This document shows, piece after piece, positions 55,763 through 64,000 of a stretch of DNA of 64,000 nucleotides (within the stretch, counting starts at the first letter, position 1; the number at the start of each line of letters is the position of its first letter). Origin of the DNA: Verrucomicrobiota bacterium. GTDB taxonomy: Bacteria > Verrucomicrobiota > Verrucomicrobiia > Limisphaerales > J093. The position numbers were made by a program, and so were the translations under genes. Under the pieces are notes generated by a model. That model was not told where the DNA came from, did not search any database, and saw only the letters and a list, made by a program, of their open reading frames with translations. The stretch spans positions 363-64,362 of the forward strand of contig JAXGQW010000010.1 in NCBI GenBank assembly GCA_040766265.1. The letters are read 5' to 3'.

Positions 55763-58700
55763 CTATTGGGAAGAGGGAGCGGCCAAGGCCTTCTTGGCCT
55801 CAGCCAACAACGGCTCCTTCAACCCGGCCGCAATCGCCTTCCGAAGTTGTTCTTTGCCCTGATCGGTCTGCTTGATTTGGCATTGGGCCATACCGAGGCA
55901 GAACAGGGCCTCGCTGTCGTCGGGCTGCCTCCGGACATAGGACTCGAGCAGCGTGGTTGTGTAACGGTAGTCCTTGCGCGCGTAGCTCAGCAACGCCAGG
56001 GCCCGAGCCACGGCGCCATCGTCCGGAAAGGCCTCGCGCGTCCTCGAGAGCAGATCGTAGGCTCGCTGTCCCTGGGCGGGATCGCCTGCCAGCACCAGCC
56101 CCAGCTCACGACTGGCCGGCGCAAACCTCGGGAACACCCGAAGCACCCGCTCGTAAAGCGTGGCCGCCGCCTTGCCGTCAGCCCGCGCGCGAAACAGATC
56201 TGCTTGGGCCATCAAGGCAGGCACATGATCCGGATCAGCCTTGAGAACCTCCCGGATCCGGGGCTCTGCTTGGGCCAGCCCCTGCGGATCGAGCGCAAGG
56301 GCCGTCATCGCGACGAAGGCGCGCGCGGCATCGGCGGCTTGGAAGTCCGGCTGGATTTCGAGGGCGCGGCGCATGGCTTGGTGTGCATCCGACACCCGTC
56401 CCACAGCGTAGGCCGCCCATGCGTAGTCATATTGCAGATCAGCCTGCTCCGGACTTCGTTGAGCGGCGGATTGCAGCAGCCCATACGCCTGGGCGTGATC
56501 GCCCCGCCGGAACAGGAGGCGCCCGAGCAAACCCGCGGCCCGCGGATCGTTGGGGGCGAGTTCGTGCGCCTTGCGGGCCATCTCGAGCGCCTTGGCCTGG
56601 TCGTTCAACGGCCCGGCGTTCAGTTCGGCCAGGCGCAGAATCGCCTGCGCGGCCTTCGGGTTTTGCCGAAGGATCTCCTCGTACTCAGTCGCGGCTTTTG
56701 GAAACTGACCCTCCTGCTCGTAAACGGCGGCGAGGCGCGAACGAGCGGTGAGATCCCTGGGCTGGTCCTTGACTCGTGCCTCGAGGGTCGCCCTGTCCTC
56801 CGTGCCGCCGGCCGCGGGTCCGGACGCAAGCAGCGCGAGCTGACGCTGGGCCTCGGCTTTGCTCGGGAAAGACTGCGGCGCGGCCACGGCCCGTTCGAGG
56901 GCGGCCCGGGCGGCGTCCGGTTGGCCGAGCATGTAGCTGACCATTCCCAGGTGGTATTGAATCTCCGCGTTGCCGGGGACTCTCTGGGCCGCCTCGCGCA
57001 GCAATGGCAAGGCCTGCTGGTGTTCGCCGCGCTTGTGCAGAACCCAGGCCAACGTATCCATGACCGATGGATCTTCGGGCACCAATTGGCGCGCCTTTTG
57101 GGCGAATTCATGCGCGCGATCGAGTTGCGGCAGCCGTTCTATGTACAGGTAAGCCAGGTTGTTGAGCGCGGGAACGAACTGCGGGTTGATTTCGAGGATG
57201 CGCTCGTACTTGGCACGCGCCTGTTCGGGCTGATCCATCCGCTCGTAGAGCGTCCCGAGAATCGCCATCGACTGAACGTCGTTTGTCTTCTTCGAGACCA
57301 ATTCCTCGAGCCGCCGGGCCGCCCCGGCCAGGTTGGTGTTGGCGATATGAATGTCGGCGAGCAGTTGATACGCCAGCGAGAATTGCGGGTTGAGGCTGAT
57401 CGACTCCTCGAGGGATGCCTGCGCCTGGGGCCAAAGGCGCTGGGCCGCAAGCGCCCGGCCTTCGAGGTACTTCAGAGCCGCCGAGTTCGTCCGGGCCAAC
57501 TCGGTCTGCACCGTCTTGAGCGCGGCCGGCGCGTTGGTGGCCGCAATCTCGAGATCGACGAGTTGGTAGAGGGCCATCAGGCTGCCCGGTGAAAGCTCGA
57601 GCTCGCGCCGGAACGCGTTTCGGGCGTCCGCCATCCGCCCCTGCTCGCGCAGCAGCATCCCCAACATCATGGGAAATGCCGGCCTGTCCGGATGGTCGCG
57701 AATCAGTCCCCGGCAGGTGGCCACCGCCTCATCGAGCCGGCCCGCCCCGCGCTGGGCGTCGATGAGGAGGATCCGCGCCTCGAGGACGTTGGTGATGCTG
57801 AGCAATCGCTGCAGGGATTCGACAGCGACGGCCGGAGTGCGGCCTTCGACGTGCAGTCGGGCGCGCAAGAGACGGGCTTCGATGGCAATCGTGTCGAGCC
57901 TGTTCGAGCTGGCGATGATGGCCTGGTCAAGCGCGGCGCCCGCCTTGACGCTGTCGCCGCCAGAGAGGTGGGCACGCGCCACCTGCAACTTGATGAACGG
58001 GTTGGGCCGCACGCTCTGGTCGAATTGCTCCCACTCGAGCGCCGCTTTCTCCGGCTGGCCCTTGGCTCGGTGCAATTCAGTGCGCAACTGGCGGGCCTCG
58101 ATATTCAGCGGGTCCTTCGACACGATGCGTCCGGTCAGCGCGAGGGCTTCATCGAGCCTCTTGTCCTGCATCTCGAGACGCGCCAGCAGGAGCGCGGCCG
58201 GAAGGTAATCGGGCGCCTGGCTCAAGACATCCTCGAGGAGCGCCCGCGCTTCGTCCGGTTTGCCGGACACCATCTTGCTCTGGGCGTAGGCTGTGCGCAC
58301 AGGCGAGCGCGGCGGCGCGAGTTTGACGGCCTTTCCAAACGCTTCGTCGGCCGCGGCCAGGTTGGTCCGCAGGAGATGGATCTGCCCCATCTGCACATGC
58401 GCCTGCGCCTGATTCGGATCCAACTGCAACGCGCGCTGCACGAACTGTTCGGCGGTGTCGAGCTGCCTCTGCCGGGTCAGGAGCGCCGCACGAGCCAGAA
58501 GAACCGCCGCGGAGTTGGGATGCTTGGCGTCGAGTTGCTCCAGGTAGACCGCCGTGTTTGTCAGTTCCTGGGATGGGGTGCCGGGCCCGGCCAGCAATCG
58601 CAAGGCATCGCTGTTGGTTGGCGACTGCGCCAGCAGATCGAGCAGTTCGTTGCGTCCTCGAGCGGTGTCCCCCGTCGCCAGCCGAAACTCGGCAAGCCGG

Positions 58701-59005
58701 CAACGCAGCGCGGGATCGTCCGATTCGAGATGCGGATCGGCGGCCTGCATGGCCTGCATGGCCTGGACCGGCGAGCCCTGCTCGAAGAAGATGCGCGCGA
58801 CGCGCAGCAGCGCCGTGCGGTTGGTCGGATCCAACCGCAACACGTTCCGGTACTCGATGATCGCCTTCTCGTATTGCTCCGATGCGAAGTACTTCTCCGC
58901 CCGGCTGAAATGCCGGTCGCGTTTTGCTTCGCGGGAGCATCCGGCCACCCCCAGGAGGGCGGCGATCATCAGCACGGACAGGAGACTTCGAGTTCTGTTA
59001 TTCAT
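55763..59005 (-). CDS. TPR-repeat lipoprotein, PrsT-like
   Basis: VAGC lipobox; many TPRs (ALNNLAY, DTLAWVL, YHLG); downstream of PrsR. Confidence 0.85.
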   Translation of the reverse strand: MNNRTRSLLSVLMIAALLGVAGCSREAKRDRHFSRAEKYFASEQYEKAIIEYRNVLRLDPTNRTALLRVARIFFEQGSPVQAMQAMQAADPHLESDDPALRCRLAEFRLATGDTARGRNELLDLLAQSPTNSDALRLLAGPGTPSQELTNTAVYLEQLDAKHPNSAAVLLARAALLTRQRQLDTAEQFVQRALQLDPNQAQAHVQMGQIHLLRTNLAAADEAFGKAVKLAPPRSPVRTAYAQSKMVSGKPDEARALLEDVLSQAPDYLPAALLLARLEMQDKRLDEALALTGRIVSKDPLNIEARQLRTELHRAKGQPEKAALEWEQFDQSVRPNPFIKLQVARAHLSGGDSVKAGAALDQAIIASSNRLDTIAIEARLLRARLHVEGRTPAVAVESLQRLLSITNVLEARILLIDAQRGAGRLDEAVATCRGLIRDHPDRPAFPMMLGMLLREQGRMADARNAFRRELELSPGSLMALYQLVDLEIAATNAPAALKTVQTELARTNSAALKYLEGRALAAQRLWPQAQASLEESISLNPQFSLAYQLLADIHIANTNLAGAARRLEELVSKKTNDVQSMAILGTLYERMDQPEQARAKYERILEINPQFVPALNNLAYLYIERLPQLDRAHEFAQKARQLVPEDPSVMDTLAWVLHKRGEHQQALPLLREAAQRVPGNAEIQYHLGMVSYMLGQPDAARAALERAVAAPQSFPSKAEAQRQLALLASGPAAGGTEDRATLEARVKDQPRDLTARSRLAAVYEQEGQFPKAATEYEEILRQNPKAAQAILRLAELNAGPLNDQAKALEMARKAHELAPNDPRAAGLLGRLLFRRGDHAQAYGLLQSAAQRSPEQADLQYDYAWAAYAVGRVSDAHQAMRRALEIQPDFQAADAARAFVAMTALALDPQGLAQAEPRIREVLKADPDHVPALMAQADLFRARADGKAAATLYERVLRVFPRFAPASRELGLVLAGDPAQGQRAYDLLSRTREAFPDDGAVARALALLSYARKDYRYTTTLLESYVRRQPDDSEALFCLGMAQCQIKQTDQGKEQLRKAIAAGLKEPLLAEAKKALAAPSSQ

Positions 59006-59018
59006 TCAGGGTGCCGTT

Positions 59019-59046
59019 GTTGCGCGTTGCGCGTTGAGCGTTGAGC
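59019..59046. repeat. Heptamer tandem repeat (GTTGMGC)x4
   Basis: GTTGCGC GTTGCGC GTTGAGC GTTGAGC. Confidence 0.7.
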
Positions 59047-59053
59047 CAACTTC

Positions 59054-60439
59054 CTATTCCGCAGGCATTGCTTTGCCGTCCCGATCCGGGCGTGCGATCG
59101 CGAGCTTTTCGATCAGCTCATAGAGCGTCGGACGGCTGATATCGAGTTCGGTCGCGACGGCGGTCATCTTGCCGCCATTGCGCCGCAGAGCCTCCTGGAT
59201 CACCTCACGCTCCGCGGTCTCCCGCGCCTGCTGAAGGGTGCGCGGGGTCTGGCCGGACGAGACCGCAGGCGTCAACTCGAGGTCTTCGGGCGTGACGCGG
59301 GGGCCGTCGGCCATGATCACGGCCCGCTTGATGCGATTTTCGAGTTCGCGCACGTTGCCGGGCCAGGAATGGCCCTGCATGGCCGCCAGGGCCTGCGGGC
59401 TGAAACCAGCCGAATCCCGCCCAAACTCGACCGCGAACTTGTTCAGAAAGACCCGTCCCATCAACAACAGATCCCCTCCCCGATCCCGCAATGGCGGCAG
59501 ATGCAACACCACGACAGCAAGACGATAGAAGAGATCCTCGCGAAACTTGCTCTCGCGAATTGCCCGCTGCAAATCGGTGTTCGTGGCGGCGATCACACGC
59601 GCATCGACCTCGATCGGCACCCGGCCGCCCACCCGCTCGATCCTGTGTTCCTGAAGATAGCGCAACAGCTTCACCTGGATCGCCAAGGGCAACTCGCCGA
59701 TCTCATCCAGAAAAAGCGTGCCCCCGATCGCGGATTCGATCCTGCCCTTGCGCTGGGTGTGGGCGCCGGTGAAGGCGCCCTTCTCGTGCCCGAACAACTC
59801 GCTCTCGAGAAGGGTCTCCGGGATGGCGCTGCAATTGATCGGAACGAACGGACCGCCCTTGCGCTGGCTGCGGCGATGGATCGCCAGCGCAGCCTTCTCC
59901 TTGCCCGTGCCGCTCTCGCCCAGAATGAGCACCGGGGCATCGGTCGCGGCGACTTTGCGCACGGTGGTGAACAGTTGCTGCATCGACGGGCTCGCGCCCA
60001 GCATGTCCTCGAATCCGTCCTCATCGAGCCGGTGATGCAGGTCCCGGTACTCGCGCTCGATCCGGGCAAGGTGAAAGGCGCGACGCAGGATGACCTTCAA
60101 TTCGTCGAGATCGACCGGTTTAGACAGAAAATCGTAGGCGCCGGCCCCGACCGCCCTGAAGGCATTCTGCTTTTCACCTTGGCCGGTCACGATGATCACC
60201 TTGGTCAGTTTCTCGACCGCAAGCAACTCGGCAAGGATCCCCAGGCCCTCCTCCGGAGAGTCCGGGTCGGGCGGCAACCCCAAATCCAGCAGCACAACCA
60301 TCGGACGGCACGCTCGGAATTGTTCCAGCGCGCTCGAACGATCCCCCGCCAGCAGAAGCTCGTAGGCCCCACCCAGGGCCCACTTGAGCTGGGAGCGGAT
60401 TTCGTCGTCGTCGTCAACAATCAGCAGGTGGGATTGCAT
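59054..60439 (-). CDS. prsR: Sigma54-dependent response regulator, PEP-CTERM PrsR-type
   Basis: LDLGLPP receiver, GESGTGKE, GAFTGA, LFLDEIG, WPGNVRELEN, ISRPTLY HTH. Confidence 0.88.
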   Translation of the reverse strand: MQSHLLIVDDDDEIRSQLKWALGGAYELLLAGDRSSALEQFRACRPMVVLLDLGLPPDPDSPEEGLGILAELLAVEKLTKVIIVTGQGEKQNAFRAVGAGAYDFLSKPVDLDELKVILRRAFHLARIEREYRDLHHRLDEDGFEDMLGASPSMQQLFTTVRKVAATDAPVLILGESGTGKEKAALAIHRRSQRKGGPFVPINCSAIPETLLESELFGHEKGAFTGAHTQRKGRIESAIGGTLFLDEIGELPLAIQVKLLRYLQEHRIERVGGRVPIEVDARVIAATNTDLQRAIRESKFREDLFYRLAVVVLHLPPLRDRGGDLLLMGRVFLNKFAVEFGRDSAGFSPQALAAMQGHSWPGNVRELENRIKRAVIMADGPRVTPEDLELTPAVSSGQTPRTLQQARETAEREVIQEALRRNGGKMTAVATELDISRPTLYELIEKLAIARPDRDGKAMPAE

Positions 60440-60448
60440 ATCTTCATT

Positions 60449-61186
60449 CTAAAACAACGAGAACCGTTCAGGCACGTACACGATGTCCGACGGACGAAGG
60501 TGAAAGGGCAGCGCGGGCCCGCCCGCCATCACCGGTTTCAGATCGACGATGAAGGTCTTCATCCGCTCCCCGTCGCGGCGCATCACCCGCACGGCCTTCA
60601 GGTTGGCGCGTGTGTAATCGAAGCCGCCCGACTCCATGATGGCCTCGAGCAGGGTGATCGGGCGGTCCGATGTCACTTTGCCCGGTCGCAACACCATGCC
60701 GGTGACAAAGACCGAGAAAGCCGTGGACTCGAGACTGACGGTGACGTCGGGGGCGAGCAACTGGTTCCCGTACACGGCCAGGATCTCCTTCTCGAGCGCG
60801 CTCGGCGTCAGACCGGCCGCCTTGAGATCCCCGACCAAGGCCAGGTTGATGTTGCCGTCGCGCCGGATTTGCTGCGTCGTGTTCAAGTTCGGGCTTCCTG
60901 GGAATGTGACCTTCACGACATCCCCCTCGCGCAGCACAATCGCCCGGTCCGGCTCGGCGTCTGCCGGACTAATGAAGGTGGGGCGGTGCGATTGGCAGCC
61001 TGAAGGCAAGAGGACCAGCGCCAGAGTCAGGACCGCCCACGCAAGCGATGCGCTTCCAGCGCGCACAGTAGGAAACCCGCGGGTTCCGCCTCGCAGCAAC
61101 CTGCCAAGGCCATGAATGATGCCGTGACCCGGTTGCCGTGAACTTCCAGTTTCAAGAATCCCGACGTCCGTTGTTGTCTGTTTCAT
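60449..61186 (-). CDS. Polysaccharide biosynthesis/export (Wza-like) lipoprotein
   Basis: L.EGDVV.V, IRRDGNI.L.LVG.L.AAGLT, V.G.V.RPG, TLLEAI..SGG, L.P.DIVYVP; PSGC lipobox. Confidence 0.88.
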   Translation of the reverse strand: MKQTTTDVGILETGSSRQPGHGIIHGLGRLLRGGTRGFPTVRAGSASLAWAVLTLALVLLPSGCQSHRPTFISPADAEPDRAIVLREGDVVKVTFPGSPNLNTTQQIRRDGNINLALVGDLKAAGLTPSALEKEILAVYGNQLLAPDVTVSLESTAFSVFVTGMVLRPGKVTSDRPITLLEAIMESGGFDYTRANLKAVRVMRRDGERMKTFIVDLKPVMAGGPALPFHLRPSDIVYVPERFSLF

Positions 61187-61189
61187 TGT

Positions 61190-62580
61190 CTATTCCTCGC
61201 GTGTTTCCTCCGAATGATCCCAGATAAGACTCCGACGTTCGATGCCCAGCTTCTCCATCAACGAGTAGAAAGTGGGCCTGCTGATCCCCAACTCCATCGA
61301 CGCCGCCGTGATCTTGCCATGGTGCTTCCGCAGCGCCCCGATGATCACAGACCTCTCGGCGCTTTGACGGGCCTCGCGCAAACCGGCGGCTGCAGGCTGC
61401 ACGCTCGATGCCGTCAGCCCAAGATCGTCCGCCCTGAGGATGTCGGTGTCCGACATGATTGCCGCGCGGCGCACGCAGTTCTCGAGTTCGCGCAGATTGC
61501 CCGGCCACCCATGCCGCTCGAGCGCGCGCAACGCCTCGCTGTCGAATTGCAGATTCGGCCGGTCAAACTGAGCCGCAAAGCGCTTCAAGAACCCTTCGGC
61601 CAACTGCCGGATGTCCTCCTTGCGGTCGCGCAGAGCGGGGACCCGGATCACCAGCACGGCCAGTCGGTAATACAGGCCCTCGAGGAAGTTGCCCTTGGCG
61701 ATTGCGGCGGTCAGATCCTTGCTCGATGCAGCAATGAGCCGCGGCGCGGTCTCCCCGGAGGGCCGCTCTTTCACTCCATCCGCCACCCGCTCATCGAGCA
61801 ACCGCATGAGTCGAACCTGCGACCTCAGCGGCAAGTCGCCCACATCCTGAAGAAAGAGGGAGCCGCCGGACGCCGACTCGAGCCGGCCTTCCGCGGACGC
61901 CCCATCGCTCCGCGCATCGTCCTCGCGCCCGAACAGTTCGCTCTCCAAGAGGCTCTCGGACGCCATGTCGCAGTTGAGTTTCACGAACGGTCCGGCCCGA
62001 CGCCCGCTCTGCCGGTGAATCGCCAGGGCCACCGCGTCCTTCCCCGTGCCGCTCTCGCCCAGAATCAGCACCGGCGCCTCCGCCGTCGCCACCTTGCGGA
62101 TGTTCACAAGGAGTTCCTCCATCCGCGGGCTTCGACTTTGAAGAAGCTCGAACGGCTCGACCTCGGGATGCTGCCGGATCTCCTCGTATTCGCGTTCGAG
62201 GGTCACCACGTGGCGGCAGTGGCTCAGAAGCAGCTTCAGGCTGTCGATTTGCACCGGTTTGAGCAGGAAATCGCAGGCCCCTTCACCGACCGCCCGCGCC
62301 GCTGTCTCCTTGCCGCTCAGACCGCTGATGACAATCACCTTCGCATGCCGGTCCAGATTTCGCATGTCCGCCAGGGCAGCCATCCCTTCGCGTGGGATCA
62401 GTTCGGTAACGGCGGCAGACCGAGGTCGAGCAACGCCAGATCCGGACGCCGCGCCCGAAATGTCTCGATGGCGCTCGGCCGGTCCTTGGCCAGCAAGACT
62501 TCGTATTCGTCGGCTAAGGCCCATTTCAACTGATCGAGGACAGCCTCGTCGTCGTCGATGATTAATACTGTGGGTTTCAT
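61190..62580 (-). CDS. Second PrsR-like regulator, degenerate AAA+ domain, apparent frameshift at about 62390-62400
   Basis: N-terminal MKPTVLIIDDD..LDLGLPP in one frame, remainder in ORF 61190..62524; GAFTGA absent. Confidence 0.8.
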
Positions 62581-62614
62581 TGGAAAAAGTCGTTAGACAC
62601 AGCGTCAGAAGTTC

Positions 62615-62670
62615 CGCCGCGTGCGGGCACGCGGCCTACAGGCTTGTAGGCCGGGTCCCCTGACCCGGCG
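62615..62670. repeat. Pair of GTAG-type REP hairpins, back to back
   Basis: CCGCGTGC.GGCACGCGG-CCTACA-GGCT-TGTAGG-CCGGGTC...GACCCGG. Confidence 0.7.
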
Positions 62671-62856
62671 CTGCATCATTTATGTCGCTCTGTATAGACC
62701 CAGTTCTGTCGCAGGGCCCCGCCGCAGGTTCTTGGGATGATCGCACGCAGGCTATAGGATGAGTGCCTGCTCGGACTGCCCCCTGAACTCGCACCGAGGT
62801 CTCCTGGTCCTATTCTCAATCGTATTCTAATCGTAATCTCCTGTCGCCAGCGAGAA

Positions 62857-64000
62857 TCAGGATCTCGAGTCACCCCCAGATTCATCGAGAGCGCATTGGC
62901 TGAGTGAGCCGCTCCCGGCCACGGGGCGCTCCGAACTCAGCGGCAACACCACACGGAACGTCGTGCCGCGACCAGGCTCGCTTTCGACCTCGAGTCTCCC
63001 GCCATGCGCTTCAACGATCATCTTGCTCTGGAACATCCCAATCCCCAGGCCCTTCTTCTTGGTCGTTTGAAAGGGTCGAAAGAGCCGCCGGCTCAGGAAC
63101 TCCGCGCTCATCCCGCAGCCCGTGTCCGCCACCGAGACAACCACATGTCCGCCCTGGACCATCGTCGCCACACGAATGGTTCCAGGCCCCGAAATCGCTT
63201 CACGGGCGTTGAGCAGCAGGTTGGTCAGGACCTTGGGCAACTGCTCGAGATCGACCGGCAATCGGGGAACCGACTGCAACTCCTGAATCACCTGGATCGC
63301 ATCCGCACCGTCAATCTGCCCCAGCGCAGCCCTGACCAACTGGTTCAGATCCGCCAACACCGGCTTCACCTCGAGCCCGCGGCGGATCAGAGCGAGGCGC
63401 TGGACCAAACCATTGAGTCGATCCACCGAAGCCCCAATTCCGCGCAGAGCATCCGCTCTGAACTCAGGATCGTTGAAATGCACCGGCAGGTTCCGCAACA
63501 TCAACGAGAGCGTCGACGCCGTGTTCTTCAGGTCGTGAACGAAGAAGGCCGACATCGACTGAAACGCTTCGAGTTCCCTGGCCTCGATCAGTTTCCGCGA
63601 CAACTGCAGATTCAGCAGGCTCGCGGCCACCTGATCCCCGATGCACTTCAGCAAATCGTAATCCTCATGCGAGAATTGCACGCCGCTGACCCGATCGGCC
63701 ATCGTGATGAGCCCAAGCACCTCGCCCGCGGCCACCAGCGGCACGCAGACCCGATTCCCGCCTTTCTTGAAATAGTCCGGATTGCACCGCTTCAGGGTCT
63801 CAACCCAGCCGCCCTCGGAACCACTGAGGTCCAACGGCGTCGGCGCCGCGCGCACGGCCGCGATCACCGCCGCACTGTTGTCTCCCAAATCGAGCAGTTC
63901 GTTTGCCGCTTGCTCGGTCAAAGCCGTCGACGCGCCAAAGCGCAATTGCTGCCGATGCGGATCGACCACCCAAACCGTGACCGACAATGTATTGAACGTC
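62857..64000 (-). CDS. prsK: GAF-histidine kinase, PrsK-type (5' end outside window)
   Basis: SAFFVHDLKN H-box, NLLLNA, DTGCGM, LFRPFQTTK..GLGIG; GAF domain upstream. Confidence 0.85.
   Translation of the reverse strand, partial: TFNTLSVTVWVVDPHRQQLRFGASTALTEQAANELLDLGDNSAAVIAAVRAAPTPLDLSGSEGGWVETLKRCNPDYFKKGGNRVCVPLVAAGEVLGLITMADRVSGVQFSHEDYDLLKCIGDQVAASLLNLQLSRKLIEARELEAFQSMSAFFVHDLKNTASTLSLMLRNLPVHFNDPEFRADALRGIGASVDRLNGLVQRLALIRRGLEVKPVLADLNQLVRAALGQIDGADAIQVIQELQSVPRLPVDLEQLPKVLTNLLLNAREAISGPGTIRVATMVQGGHVVVSVADTGCGMSAEFLSRRLFRPFQTTKKKGLGIGMFQSKMIVEAHGGRLEVESEPGRGTTFRVVLPLSSERPVAGSGSLSQCALDESGGDSRS

Overview
GC-rich bacterial window, probably Verrucomicrobiota (PVC); this is inferred from gene order, the EF-G N-terminal extension, GTAG-type REPs and the PrsK/PrsR/PrsT locus. 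Positions 1-17.5 kb are the core translation/transcription cluster on the minus strand: tRNA-Thr, tuf, tRNA-Trp, tRNA-Ser, secE, nusG, rplKAJL, rpoBC, rpsLG, fusA, rpsJ, rplC and the start of rplD. The accessory part holds two tandem hydrazine-synthase-alpha-like CxxCH beta-propeller proteins, a RAYT remnant plus a repeat-flanked MazF-like toxin-antitoxin pair, and a secreted glycosidase-like protein. It also holds a padR / HAAS-TM-alpha-2-macroglobulin / pbpC operon, a split spermidine-synthase-like pair, a ClC-CBS transporter, speA, a SWIM-SNF2 helicase and a PEP-CTERM-type locus with two PrsR paralogues. Most notable: (1) a thioester alpha-2-macroglobulin fused to a cytosolic HAAS-like domain, directly downstream of PadR (candidate protease-sensing one-component circuit); (2) arrays of short hairpin cassettes stacked at CTAG junctions in four intergenic regions; (3) an IS110 inserted into one of those cassettes, with an empty homologous site in the same window and 7-nt junction matches in its putative bridge RNA; (4) a DUF4338+DDE element inserted into a REP with a perfect 20-bp duplication; (5) a catalytically degenerate PrsR paralogue. 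All family calls come from motif recognition, not database searches. Clustered indels at 48-55.5 kb and 62.4 kb may be sequencing errors.
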